A stretch of DNA of 64,000 nucleotides from Camelus dromedarius. Lineage: Eukaryota. The DNA is taken from the NCBI RefSeq assembly GCF_036321535.1, contig NC_087437.1, positions 83,702,001 through 83,766,000 on the forward strand, in the 5' to 3' direction. The position numbers and the translations under genes are program-made. Positions 1-13,199 of the stretch are shown in pieces. Numbering within the stretch: position 1 is the stretch's first letter; every line of letters starts with the position of its first letter. The notes beneath the pieces were generated by a model. It was given only the letters and a program-made list of their open reading frames with translations. It was not told where the DNA came from and made no database searches.

Positions 1-193
1 GTAGAATAGACTACACTGTATAGCACAGGGAAATATACACAAAATGTTATGATAACTCACAGAGAAAAAAATGTGACAATGAGTGTGTATATGTTCATGA
101 ATAACTGAAAAATTGTGCTGAACACTGGAATTTGACACAACATTGTAAAATGATTATAAATCAATAAAAAATGTTTAAAAAAATAAAATAAAA
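1..193 (+). mobile_element. L1 3' UTR end, lineage-specific (camelid/cetartiodactyl type)
   Basis: ctgtatagcacagggaaatat...gacacaacattgtaaaatgattataaatcaataaaaaa plus an A-rich tail; similar to the copies at 27545 and 50540. Confidence 0.85.
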
Positions 194-236
194 TTACCAT
201 TCACCTAGAAATACTAAAAAAAAAAAATTATTAATT

Positions 237-393
237 TGGGGAGGAGGGTATATAGCTCAGTGGTTGAGTGCATGCCTAACATGCATGAGGTCCTGGGATC
301 AATTTGCAGTACTTCCATTAAAAACAACTAACTAACTACCTAAGTAAACAAAAACCTAATTACCTCTTCCCAAAAAGTAAAAAGAAAAAAAAA
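237..393 (+). mobile_element. tRNA-derived SINE, vic-1-like (camelid)
   Basis: A-box tagctcagtggttgag and degenerate B-box gggatcaatttgc, with an A-rich tail. Flanked by an imperfect TSD aaaattattaatt / aaaattcattaatt. Confidence 0.85.
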
Positions 394-1544
394 TTCATTA
401 ATTCAATGTAGCAAGTATCTTTTGAGTGCCTAATGTGTGCAAGATTCTGTGCAAAAGAGGATGCTGTAACAAAATTGATCAGCTTATATCCTGAAAAAAT
501 TAGTTGTCACTCAACAACTGTTTTGTGATACGTCTGGTTGGTCAATGACTTGGGGCATAATGCATGTATCATTACAAAATGTCACCTGTAGAATGTAAAT
601 ATACAGGATAACCAGTAGTCTTACAACAGACAGCTTCTTACAAGAAGTTCTCAGGTTTCTTAAAGATAGTTAAGCAGAACTAAGTCTGTGTCAAATGTCT
701 GATTGAAGGACAAAGGATGACTTTTGGTTTCTACCGAGTCATCCACTCTCTCTACAGTAACAATATTAAAATTGACAGTGCTTTTACAACCTTACCTCGT
801 GGACTCATCTCTCTTTAACTTGTTTTCAGTTTCAAAGGACATTTTAATATACTACTATACATGAGTTCTGGCACTAGAATATCACCAACCCTATTAATCA
901 ACTGAACCTGCCTGTGGTTTTCCATGATGGTGTCATTTCTTGAGTAATATGAAATCAGATAATCTCTCACTGATGGTGTATCTCACTAAATCACTCTCTG
1001 AGTGCTGATAACATAATGACAATAACATATTAGCATAATTCATCATCACATGTACCTTTGCTCTGGGGATGTTTTATTGTAATGTATAATACACTGGCTG
1101 TCATGCTGATGATGTATTAAAGCAAGACTTCCTCAGGAAAAAAACGCACTTTGATGGAATAGTATTCATATCAGATGGTACTGCCCAGGGATAAACAGTT
1201 GAGGAAAGTTTGACTTCGTTTGCTATGGAATTCTCGTGAAGGTCAAAGGCACTACAAATAGTAAAAGATAGTTTGAAGACAACAGGGATCTATTTCTCTG
1301 TTACAGAATAGGTTCTAAAAGTTCATTTTTTGGTTTCAAGACGGTTAAGGCAGGTTTTTATCCCTAGTAAATATTTGATGTCCCTCGCACGCTGCAGTGA
1401 AGTTTCTGCAGCCCGCGGTACTGCTCAGCAAAATGACGCTCTTAAACCAGATGCAGAACTTGCTTGGGGCAGAAGTAAGGTGACTTCCAAGGACAGATTA
1501 AAAGTGAATGCCATATATTATAATCGTTTTCCAGCAATTTTGCC

Positions 1545-1700
1545 CCTTGAGCTACCCCACAGAATATTAGGCAAGGTACTCATAAATATCACTGATTTTA
1601 ACTGTGGCCTAGAGAGAGTAAGACTTCCTCTAGGTCATGTAATAGTGAGTGGGTAGAGTAGGGCTAGAAACTAGATTTTTGGGTAACTATTTCAGTGCTT
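1545..1700 (-). mobile_element. MIR fragment
   Basis: actgtggcctagagagagtaagacttcctctaggtcatgtaatagtgagtgggtagagtagggctagaaact resembles the MIR core. Confidence 0.6.
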
Positions 1701-4314
1701 GATAGAAAAAAAATCAAAATTAATTGTGGGTCATTTACAATTTAAATACTACAATAGGGTACACGTATGGGGATAATATGCTGAGTATTAAGGAGTGCTT
1801 TATTTCTGTTACCTTTGAAGGAGGCCTTCATGCAAATCAATGTCTATTTGACTGAGCACAACCCCAACCATATGGTAGAAGAAAATAATAATGATGACTA
1901 ATAATAATAACAGTGATGACGATGAAAACAGGTAACACTTACTGAGTGCTTACTGGACACTGTGATAGACGTTTTGCCTTTTCAGTTTGCCTAAACACTT
2001 GCTCTAAGACATGGATTTCAGAAAACAATTTTATTTTTTCAGTTCTGAAGCAAAATGAAGTTTTGTTCTTTGATCGAAGAACGGAGAGGTGCGAGCTCCA
2101 GCTCTAGAGCACATGCTCTTCCCCCAGAAAACAATGGTCTTAAGTCAGCATACACAATCTTATTAACATCATTTCTTCTTCCATACAAAATCCTGCTCAA
2201 CATGGAAATGCATAAGGTTCATATGTCCTTGGTGCAATCACTCTTGCTAATAATTACAGTGATTGTATACATCCATCCTGAAATCATCCTGATCATATTT
2301 TCCAAATAGTAAAAACAATTGTTCCTTAGAAGAAGACTAGGCATGATTTGTTTTATTTACTCCAGTTTTCTGAAAAGAAAACACTTTTATTTCAACATAT
2401 ACTGGTGTTGTTGATCCAGACATCTGAATTTCTCTGCCAACAATTTATATGCCTCTCCTTATTCAGTTGATGCTTTTTGGTATTTTCCCCAGATGCCTAA
2501 TTTAAATGATAAGGCACCCGCACTGCGGGCCCTCTGCATCTCCTTATGCTCTGTGTAGGGCCGACTGAGCACTCCGTAAGCGCTCAATCTTATTTACAAA
2601 TGCCTATCTCACTGAACCAGACAGTATTTCCCTCATTTACCTTCTTTATTATTATCAAGCCATCATGACGCCTTGACAAGGGCCACTCACCAACCACACA
2701 TGTCGCTCTCTGAGTCACCATCACAGCTGCAATGTAAACATTCCAGCTGACCCTAAGAAACATTAATAATATTACAGCTTTTAATATCTCAGTAGATGCT
2801 CATAATGTTCTCCTTATTTCTAAAGGTCAGGTAACCGTTGGTAATGGCAGAATGCACACAGACTAATGATCTCTTGGGTAGTGCTATTTAATGTGTGACT
2901 TTGTGAAGAGACTGCCCACGTGTATTTTTTAATTTGAAAAACAACAGGGCAGAAAATTGAGGTCACTGATAACTGAGCCACAGTCATCTGAGGATGAATG
3001 GAAAAATATAATGTTTCAGAAAAAGTTTTCCAGCAACTTTCCGCTACTATGAAAATATGTCACTGTAAATCAAAAGCAAACAAGTAACACACGGAGATGT
3101 TTCAGTGCTTTTTACAAGGTACTGTAAATCACATAAATTATTCAGAAAATGGCAGCGAGGTCCAGTAGAACACCCGAGCTAGCTGAGGATTCAGCACTGA
3201 AGGGTCAATCGGTTTAGGACAAGAATGGCCTTTTTGAGATTGATGGCATTTGCGGCAACTCTACCATAAAAAAGACCTGAGTCAGAAAAAAATGACAACG
3301 AAATCTTGTTTTTGAAATGCCCTCCAAGCACCTTCTTTAAAAATTCTGATCAAATACTGATTATTTGCAAAAGTTTCACTACATATGCCAGAGGTATTCT
3401 TAATAATCTATCATTGAAAAAGACGAACACAAGGGATAAGAGAGTTAATTACATTCAGCTAGAAAACTTTCGTGTAACTATTAAGAACAAGAAGAGGAAA
3501 GACAGATGAAAATGACCTGTTTTAACAAACTTGGCAGTAGGACACGATCTAAATAAAAAAGCAAGTCCTATGTAATAAAGAAGGTGCTGACAATGGATTC
3601 CAAGTTTTATAGTATAAACTTTTTACCTTAAGAATGGAGAGGTGAGTCCCTTAAAATCTTAGGGCTATTATGAAAGCCTCTTCGTAACACCTTTGCTACC
3701 AAAATAAACTCAGATCCAAGGAAAGACCATGGTTGTCAGGCAAAACATGACATCAACAACATTTTCCCAGTTCTGTGTATTATTTCTATGACTGCTCTTC
3801 TCTGGTTTTAAGGAAATATTCATGTTTCTTCACAAAACAAGTTTGTAGAGTTAAAAGGTCAAAGTAAGAATAACAGAAGGGGTTAGAAGTAGATTTTCTC
3901 CTTTTCTAAAACTCCTGATATCATGTGATTTGTGCCCTCCCAAACTCAATCATGCTCACATCAATGTTAGTTTACAACTATTGCTTCAGTGGATATTTTA
4001 GTGCAAGGAGATAAGTTGCCATGTGCATTGAGTGTTAAAAGTTATTAGAGTATGAAATTCAAATATACAGTTTTTCTTAAGCAAGAATTTTATGATAATA
4101 TCCAAAGCTCAGAGATGTTTAGCATGTGAATGTATGTATATTTATAAAGTCAACAACTCTTCTCTCAGTCACACCCAAGTCATTCTTTTATGAGATAATT
4201 TACTAGACTTTCTATGTGTAATTAAAGCAAAAAAAAAAAAAAAAAAAGCAAATGAACAAAAAAAGAAAATGGGCTAAAAGGAGCTTCCCATTTTGATTTT
4301 AAGAATCAGGTTGA

Positions 4315-5795
4315 GTTGCAAGGGACCCACAAAAGCCAAGATAATCTTGAAAAGAAGAACAAAGTTAGTGGACTCACACTACTGAATTTTAAAACTCACT
4401 GCAAAGCTATCCTAATCAAGACAGTGTGGGACTGTCATAAGAACAGACATACAGATCAATGAATAGAATTGAGAGTCTAAAAATAAATGTTCATAAATAA
4501 ATATTATGGTCAGTTGATTTTAGACAAAGGGGTCAATAATTCAACGAGAAGAAATAGTCTTTCAACAAAAGGTGTGGGACAACTGAGTGAAGTTAGACAC
4601 CTACCTCACCGCACAGACAACAACTGACTCAAAGGGGATCACAGATCCAACTGTGAAAGCCAAGACTGTAAAAAATCTTAGGGAAAAAACCACAGTGGTA
4701 AATCTTTGTGACCTTGGATTAGGCAATGATTTTGTAAACATGACACCAAAAGCACAAGTAATAAAAAGAAAAACAGAGAAATTCAACATCATAATAATTA
4801 AAATTTTTTGTTTCAAATGACACCGTCAAGAAAGTGATAAAACAACCAACAGAATGTAAGATATGATTTACAAATCATATATTTAAGGGACTTATATCCA
4901 GAATATGTAAGGAACTACTATAACATAATAATTTAAAAAACACTCTACCTATCCAAAGAAGATACATGAACGGCTAATAAGCACATGAAAAGATGCTCTA
5001 CATGATTACTAATTAGGGAAATGTCCATCAAAGTCATAGTGGGATACCATATCACACCTACAAGAATGGCTATAATCAAAAAGACAGACAATAGCAATGC
5101 TGGCAAGGATGTATTGAAATTAGGACCCTCATTCATTGCTGGTGGAATTGTAAAATGGTGCATCCACTTTGGAAAATAGTTTGGCAGCTCCTCAAAATGT
5201 TAAACACAGACTTTCAGTCCACCATGACACAGCAATTTCACTTCTACTTGTATATCCAAGAGAATTGACAACATACGTGCACACAACACCGTGTACACAA
5301 CACCTTGTACACAACAGTTCACAGTGGCATGGTCCATAACAGCCAAAAAGTGAAAACAACTCAAATGTCCATCACTGATGAATGGATAAACAAACATACT
5401 ATATCCATACAATGAAATATTACTTGGCAATAGAAAGGAATGCAGTACTGATTCACGCTGCAACAGAGATGAACTTTGAAAACACTATGCTTAGTGAAAC
5501 AAGCCAGTCACAAAAGACCCCATGTTGTATGATCCCATTTGCATGAAATGTCTGGAACTGGCAAATATATAGAGATGGAAAGTAGATTTGGTTGCCTAGG
5601 GCTGTGAGGCGGTGGAAACAGGATGGGTCAAGACTGCTAATGGGTAGGGGAGTTCCTTTTGAGAATAATGAAATGTTCTAAAATTAGGTTATGGTGATAG
5701 CTGTACAACTCTGAAAATAAATGAAAAAAAAAACCTCCATTGAATTGTACCCTTTAAATGTGCTTTGTGGTATATAAATTATATCCAAAAAAGTT
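4315..5795 (+). mobile_element. Old L1 (L1MB/L1MC-like): 3' part of ORF2 plus 3' UTR, degenerate
   Basis: Typical ORF2 remnants (gccaagataatcttgaaaagaagaacaaagtt, aatagtctttcaacaaaaggtg, atcaaaaagacagacaatagcaatgctggcaaggatg) and a 3' UTR (gttgcctagggctg...aatgttctaaaattag...gtatataaattatatc). Several short ORFs in the track map here. Confidence 0.9.
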
Positions 5796-7019
5796 GTTGG
5801 GAAAAACCCACAGCAATACAAAGACTGGCTCACTCAGCTGCTGGAATGAGGCTCCGAGTTTCTAGCTGCTCAGTCACAGCCCAGAGCAGGCTGTCAGAAG
5901 GGGCAAGCAAGGCTTCCCCCTCAGGCTGGGGTCACAGCTGCAGTGACCCTGTTCACCTCCCTCATGGGCGCCATCTCTCAAAGCCCACATGCAAAAGACA
6001 AAAACTGGCTTCTAGAAGAAAATTAATCTCTGTATATCTAGCCAAAATCAAACAACATGCTTTTCAGACCATCACTGATTTCAGTCAATGGAACTGAACA
6101 TATATCTTACTACGACGCTGGAAGGACAAATTGTTGGCTGTACCACATTTACTGGGACTTGTAAATGGCTGAACATCACAGATGTTTGAACGAACACAAA
6201 TCATTTGGCCAACCTCCAATACAAACACTAAAGTTTACTCTTTATTCTGTGAAGTTTCATACGACTAAAGTTCCCATTATCTGCAGATGCTAATATTTGG
6301 CAAGATGCATTTACTTAACATGATATCTGCTGTTATGAGTTTAAAGTGTCTAAAACTAAACCAAAGATTTTTAAATCTTTTTACTATTTCAAGTTATGAA
6401 ATGTTATAGCAATTACAAGGCAGGTCAAATTTCACAGGGAAGGAGAACTCTGAGGAAATAAGGGTCAAACTATATTGAGCATTTATAACATTGGTATCTA
6501 TATTTTTGGTATACTCACTGAATAATGACAACTTTAAATATACAAAAATATTCTTAAAAATTAACATATTTTAAATGATTTAGGAAGGAGGGTTTGGCTC
6601 TCTTGTGGATAAAAGGGGCTTTACTGTTTTAACGAAATGATGATTTCTTTCTTACAGTTAGAAGTGGGCCAAAGCTCAAGTTAGTTTTTTAAAAAGTTAT
6701 AATCTTATTCAGAAAAGAAGTGGGTAGAAGTATATGTTATTGTTTTTTTTTAAAGTGATAATTTCATTTGAGAAAGAACCATATTACTAGGTGGTTTTAT
6801 ATCAATTCTAAAGCATACGGTAGGAACATGTATCACTCTTTGACCTAAATTGAAGGCATGAAAGACAAGTAGAAAACTACATATCAAATAACAGAAGAAA
6901 AATCTCCCCACCCCAAAATAAGGTGGTTTTGCTTAAAGTACATTGAAACACAATCAGAAATTTCCACTGGCAATTTCCATATTCCATACGAGGAAGACAG
7001 AGTCATAATTGAGACTTAC

Positions 7020-7440
7020 AGTAGACTGTATTATTTGGTCACAAGTCTCCCTTCACTCCCTGTGCTGGCCATTGTTCAGTGGGAGTGAAGAGTACTTCCC
7101 TGCCTCATTAACAGAGCTTGGCACGAGACTTCCTTGGCCAACAGAATGTGAGGTAAAGCATGTCATATCCAACCCGGGCTTTAACGTGCTTGGCTTGTTT
7201 GGCTGCCACCCTGGCACTTCTGCCCTCCACCACCAGGGGGCGTGCTCTGGAGAACTGCTGCTTCTTCAACCTGGGTCCCCAGACAGGACAGGAAGAACAA
7301 ACCTGAACTTCACTGATATCTTAAGCAGAGCTGTGGCAGCTGACCTGTAGACTTATGAATAAGAAATAAAGGCTAGTTGGAAACCACTGAGATATTTTTT
7401 GGAGGGCTGCTTATTAGGTGGCATTACTACAAAAATAGCT
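7020..7440 (+). mobile_element. MaLR solo LTR (old MLT1 type)
   Basis: acttccctgcctcattaacagagcttggcacgagacttccttggccaacagaatgtgag, and a 3' end aagaaataaagg...aaaccactgagat...aaatagct. Confidence 0.8.
7230..7243 (+). promoter_or_regulatory. CTCF-like motif inside a MaLR LTR
   Basis: ccaccagggggcgt versus the core consensus CCASYAGRKGGCRS (13/14 match). Motif match only. Confidence 0.45.
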
Positions 7441-8125
7441 CTTTTTTAATTTGTTTTGTTTTCCCAAACTTTCTATCATACTAAAAATGTTAATGGTTTC
7501 AACAAAATTATATAGCGTCTGCTGTAAAAGAAACTATGTAGAAAGGAGGTGTACCTCATACCCAGAAAAGAGAATACAGTACAAAATAACTTAACTGGGT
7601 ATCCTTCCTCAGTCTCAGTCTGAAACAGGGAATATGCTCATGATGTTATTGTATTACAATCTCTGACAACTAAGAAGGAAACAAAATACTTGCTCCCACT
7701 TTGAACTTCTCCCCAAACGTTAGCATTTTTGGATACATTATACCACCGTGTCCAATGATATTTTAACAAATATACAACCACCTGTACTTCTATACAGAAA
7801 ACTGAAGACACAGATTGAGATAAGACACTAGCCAGCTAAAACATCACACAAAGGTTATCTTTGCTCTTTATAGTGAAGGAACTATGACAGACTAAAATAC
7901 ATAAAGCATCTGAAGAGATGTAATTGGACAAGAAAGCAAAATTAGACCTCTGACACTAAGAGCGGAGACAGGATATCATGCCAGTAATTAAAGTTTGGAA
8001 AAGCAACTTTTATGAGCAGGAGAGATATTGCAGGGGAAAGGACTTTCATTTGTCCTCTTCATGCACCATAAGAGACAAGAAGCCTGACACACAAATCATT
8101 GCAGGTGAAGTACAAGTAAGACTTT

Positions 8126-8139
8126 CCACCAGATGGCTG
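8126..8139 (+). promoter_or_regulatory. Second CTCF-like motif (also contains a CAGATG E-box)
   Basis: ccaccagatggctg versus CCASYAGRKGGCRS (13/14 match). Motif match only. Confidence 0.35.
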
Positions 8140-8764
8140 TAAACAACTCTCAGAACCATAAGAGTCAGACACAGAATTTCCCCCCACAAAATATGGGAGA
8201 CGTTTTCTGCTGCGCCACAGGTAAACAATGTATACCCTAAAGCCAGTGAAGGAAGTAAGATATTTACTAACAGATGTCAAAGAACACAGAAGCCAAGAGC
8301 CAGCATTCCCTGATGGTTGTAAATGCATCTCTTTACTATAATTCTGAGTGATTTCAGTGAAAACACTTGAAATCTTATCTAGGTAAAAGCTATAGCACCA
8401 TGTGTCACTGTAAACAAATGTGGGTACAAAAGCCAGGAAAGATAGTGCATGTCAGCTATAAACATACCAGTGAATGAAGCCAAAAGGTCTTATGCATTAG
8501 AGAGAATGTTAATAAATTCATGATGAGAGCTGTAATAAATATATCCTGGCAAATTATAGTCTGGTTCTGCGCCTATAAAATCAGGCATATGTGTGGAGTT
8601 TGAATTTCCGAGACTTTCAGTGTATCTCCTTGAATCTTGTATTGCATTTATGCATCTCATTTATGGCTGTGATTGTGAGTGCCATAGGGACTAGATCTTT
8701 CTATTCCTGTTTCTCTCTCCAGTTCCAAATACCTGTCATAGAAAAATGCAATATATTTTTGTGA

Positions 8765-8855
8765 AAGAGAAGGTGGAAGGAAGTATGGGAAGAGGGAGAG
8801 AAGGAAGAAAGCAAGGAGGGAAGGTAGGAAGGAAGGAGGGGAGGTAGGAAAGGCA
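8765..8855. repeat. Purine-rich low-complexity (GGAA/GGGA) tract
   Basis: aggtggaaggaagtatgggaagagggagagaaggaagaaagcaaggagggaaggtaggaaggaaggaggggaggtaggaaagg. Confidence 0.8.
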
Positions 8856-9244
8856 AGCTATTGATCATTGGCAATGAATCATTACAGCTGTTAGATGTCC
8901 AGTAGGGATCATAACAGCTGTAATGATGTAACATTGGATAATTCCTCCAATGTTACAGGAGTTTCCTCCCCTTATTTTTCTACACGAAACTGATGTGACA
9001 ATTTATTATAAACGAATAACTATTCATTTATAACTTCTGAATGTGTTTCAGAAATATTTATTGAATGAGCAGGATGATTGAGAACTTGAACTATGTTGCT
9101 CGTTAAACTAGAAAATGCAGGGATCTTAACTGTATTACTTGTCATAATTGTTCAGCAAGGGCATAGTGCTTGGGGTCGTGCCTTTTGCTATTTCAGGGCT
9201 TAGGAATTTACCAAAGAATGTACATCCAAGGAGGTAGAAGCCCA

Positions 9245-9860
9245 AAGGTTAAGCTTGTGGACGCTGGAGCCTGCATTTGAAGCTTAGCCTTACATTTTAT
9301 TATTCCTATGATATTTGTCTAGTTACTTACTTTTTTGCATGCTTCAGTTTTCCTATATGTCACTTAGTGATAACAGTACCTGTTAAAGTCATTATTGGAT
9401 GTTTACAAGTATCTGTTCTTCTCCCTCTAGGATAGATTGTTTTTGCCCATTTCTTTGAAGTTAGGCACAGCCATGTGACGTGCCTTGGTCAACAAAATCT
9501 ACATAGAAATGGTGGGTGTCACTTCCAGTCAAAGCTTTTAAGAGTCCATGTGTATCTGTCATTCCCTTTCTCCTTGTTCCAGTGACTGGAGATATTCCAG
9601 ACGGTGGAAGCACTGCCATATTGTCTTTATGTGACAACCATATAAAGCACAATTTCTAGCTACAGGATATAAAGAGTGAGCAAGAAATAAACCTTTATTG
9701 TATCAAGCCACTGAGGTTTGGGGGGTTATATGCTACTTCTGTATAACATTGCCCATCCTGCTGATATGGTAACTTCACTGAGTTGTTGTAAATAAAGAAG
9801 TAAACATGTGCAACATCCTTAAGAAAGCATTCAGTAGGAACTAGCTATCATTCTTATTTT
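9245..9860 (+). mobile_element. MIR split by an LTR insertion
   Basis: gttaagcttgtggacgctggagcc...cttcagttttcctatatgtc...taacagtacc, resuming after the LTR as ttcactgagttgttgtaaa... Confidence 0.65.
9381..9768 (+). mobile_element. MaLR solo LTR (MLT1 type) inserted into a MIR
   Basis: Starts with TG; contains gttaggcacagccatgtgacgtgccttggtcaaca and gagcaagaaataaacctttattgtatcaagccactgaggtttgggggg. Approximate 5-bp TSD gtacc/gtaac. Confidence 0.82.
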
Positions 9861-11139
9861 AGGCTGTTGCTTCATTGGAACGGGGTACCCACTGGCTGCA
9901 TTTGTGGCTGAGTAACTTTGCTCACTTCTTCATCTGACAACAGTTTTATAACATAATTTTCTATAAAGAAAATACAAAGGAAATTCAGTCCTTCCCCTAT
10001 CATGCTGGGTCAAAATTTGGTTTTATTATTAGTTTAGAAAAGTTTCTTTCCGCTTCATAATTTTTTATGGGTGATACCATGTAAATTTTTATGAGGGTTG
10101 CTAAATTTGGAAAAACCTATCAAGTTTAATATATTAGCTCTTATAGGCAAACTTGCTGTTTTCAGTATTGTTACAGATTTGCTTCCTACAAACAGGAATT
10201 GATATCTGTTTCATGCAATACCCATTAAAAGTGAAAAAAGTTATAGTGCTTTTAAAATTATATAACTGCACTATCAAAAATATTTTTGACAGGAGAGATA
10301 TTCTGTTTCTGTTGGACCTTGATAAGAACTGACTCCTCTAATTATAATTTTCTATAGCCGATTGAAAAAATTTTAAACTGACCAGTTTCTGGCACCCTCC
10401 CTTTCAATCCTTGCTTCTCCTTCACTAGTAACATTTTTTCAGGGCTGAGTACGGTGTGTTCAATCACATTAATGCTTCTGGCCCCGCACCTTCGTATCCT
10501 CTTGCAATGATTCAGCATGGTGGGTGGAGGGGTATTTCTGGAAGCCATTCCTATACCAGGTGGCTACTTGTAACTATACATGGAAATGACTGAGAAACAC
10601 ATGAATATATTCCACCGAACTAAAAATAAATGTATCCCCAACTCAACTTTCTGATAACTGAATTCCCAAAATGCTCATGGTCATTCCAGCACTGGGAGAA
10701 ATGTGATGGAGGACAAGTCAGTCGACTGGAGTCAGCGATTTGAACCAACTGCTGTTAAAATATCTTACTTTAACAAATTTTATACTAGATGATCATAAGA
10801 ACACATTTCTATAGCTCTTCTTAGGTTCTGACAAGAGACCACTAAAACTTAAGCTTTGTTAACTTCACAGTAATTTTTTTCTATTCTTATGGATTAAATA
10901 TTTGTTCTTATATTCATTCATCCATCCATTCATTGAGAAGTATTTGCTGAATATTTAACATGCTTCGAAGATACAAATGCACATAAAGCAGGACCCATAA
11001 TCAGGCAGCATAATTTTCATGGAGAGGTTAACATATATATACATAAACAAGAAGTAAACCTGGGGAGTAGCAGATATTTTTAAATGTCTATCCAATAATG
11101 ACTCACCAAACTCTTTCTTCTTTTTGAGTAGAACTAGGA

Positions 11140-11500
11140 TTGTGTTGGGTAACCCACCATATTCCACATAATTATATTCACAAAACCATTGGTGGTAATG
11201 GTTTCTCCTTGCCTGCGGCTCATGTAGGAATGGGCACTGGCCACTGTGAAGTGGGCGGAAGTCAGCTGAGGTGCTTCCATAAATGCTTAGTGAACAACTC
11301 CTCTTTCTCATCCTAGACAAGTCTGGATGAGATGACTAGACCTGTCTTGGCTATCTTGCAATCAGGAAAAGAGCTAAGCTGAACACAGAGGGGCAGAGCA
11401 GTAATATGGAAAGAAGTATCTAAGGCCTTTTGTGGGGTTGGTGAGCACCTAAATTAATCAACCCTCAGGCTACTTTGCTCCTGGGCTGACAATGCTTCAG
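11140..11500 (+). mobile_element. Degenerate MaLR LTR (MLT1K/L-like)
   Basis: tggccactgtgaagtgggcggaagtcagctgagg...gctatcttgcaatcagg...gaggggcagagcag...gagcacctaaattaatcaacc. Confidence 0.6.
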
Positions 11501-13199
11501 GGAATTCAGAACCCAGAAAAAAAAATTTTTAATAAGCTAGAAAGCTGCATATTAAACTGTGACAGGCTATTTTCTTGCCAGCTAGACTCTCCTCTCTGTA
11601 AAATTATAAAGTTTCATTTTTCATTGCTTTAATTCTGGTCTAAATATGAAAAGCAACTAAATACCTCAGAGGGTGATCTGATTATCCTTTTATAGTTACT
11701 ACATCTGCACTAATGTATTGGGGGCTATTATGCTGTTTATTTTCTATAATTTTTCCCAATAACAGTTATTACCAGGCGCTATCTTTGTTAAATGAATGTT
11801 GCTGCATACATCAGAGAAAGTGTAGTGATAGAAGGCAGACTACCTTTTTACACAATAGTCAGGAACTAAAATAGCACCTTAATGCAATTAAAACCGTACA
11901 TGTTCACAAGAGCATGGTGTCAATAAAGGCTGAGTTAACTGACATTAGGAGAATTTAGCCTAGTTAAAAATTATGATTTGAAAGTATTCTAAGACCTCTT
12001 TTTTTTCCTTAAAGGGGAAACACTTTTTCTAATGGTTTCTGACTACAAAATGCATATATAGCCAATAAAAATGATACCTGGGAAAGTACTACAGACAGTT
12101 TCTATAAAACTTTTAAGAATGCACTTGAAATGGAAGGGAAGATTTTGTTGTTTGTTATTAAGATGTAGTCAGGTTACAGTCAGTTGCTGACAGTTGTTAC
12201 ATTTGAGCTGTAAATAGCAGAGTCATCTCCGTGTTTATAAATTCCTACAGTCCAATATGGGAGAATGCATTTTGTTTTGAACAAGTGAGGAGTGACAGAC
12301 AAGCTGTCCACAGAGTATACAGATGACAGATCAAGAGGAAAATGAGCTCTTAGATAGATTTTCAGTGTCCTTCTCTGGAAAAATAGCCATGTGACATGTG
12401 CACTGTGCACAGTGGGCCTCCGTGTGAGTGTTCACGCTGCTGGAAAATGCACTGCTTGAACTAAATGCACCCTCTATTGAGCACAAATGATTCAACCACA
12501 ATTTAATAGGGAGATCATTACTTCTGTAAAAGGATTTTCAAGATGAGCAGCGAGGAGTCATTGTCTACAGAGGAAACTGAGACATTACTTGCTCAGCATT
12601 ATAAAATTGTATGGCAATACAGAGAGACATTGTCTGCTCTTTATGTCAATAACTGGAAGGGTCAGTTTAATAAAAAAGTGCATGCTTCAGGTTGGTTGTA
12701 AATACTAACACTTCTAGATAGCCATATGAATCCCTGGGAATTATTTACTTTCCTTAAATCATCTTACTTTCAGCTTCCAATGGTACTCTGAAAAACGATC
12801 TACTGAGGGATCAGAGTCGAAACATTTCACATCATCTCTTTTCCTTCAACTGTTTAAAGTCAGGATGGTTTTCATCACATTATTCACCTTCCACTGATAG
12901 ACCGAAGATGTACAGGAGGGTTGGCAACTGCCTCATAGCCTACTAGGTGATCTGAGAAATAGTCTACGTAAGAAGGAAATTTAAATCATCGAATTAGATG
13001 GGCTGCCCATGATTAAGGAACAATGTGGCTGCTGTCAGTGCCTGAGAGTCCGTGTGTGATGCTGCTCACATCTCTGGAATCAGTTACCCTAAACTTTCAA
13101 CTACTTGGCATATAAATATGAGCTTGCCAGGCTTTATATGATGGCTGTAACAAACCTTATGGTTATAGAGGCCAAGTATATTTTTAAAATTACATGTGT

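Noticed and set aside
237..320. Possible tRNA gene
   Set aside because: The degenerate B-box, SINE tail and TSD show it is a SINE.
5277..5317. 14-bp triplication (gtacacaacacc..) inside an L1
   Set aside because: Ordinary local slippage within a dead repeat.
4587..5463. Cluster of short ORFs on both strands
   Set aside because: These are fragments of a degenerate L1 ORF2/3' UTR and their antisense frames.
10342..10548. ORF starting MASRNTPPP, similar to the FUNDC1 N-terminus
   Set aside because: The similarity stops after a few residues, with no poly(A) tail or TSD of a processed pseudogene.
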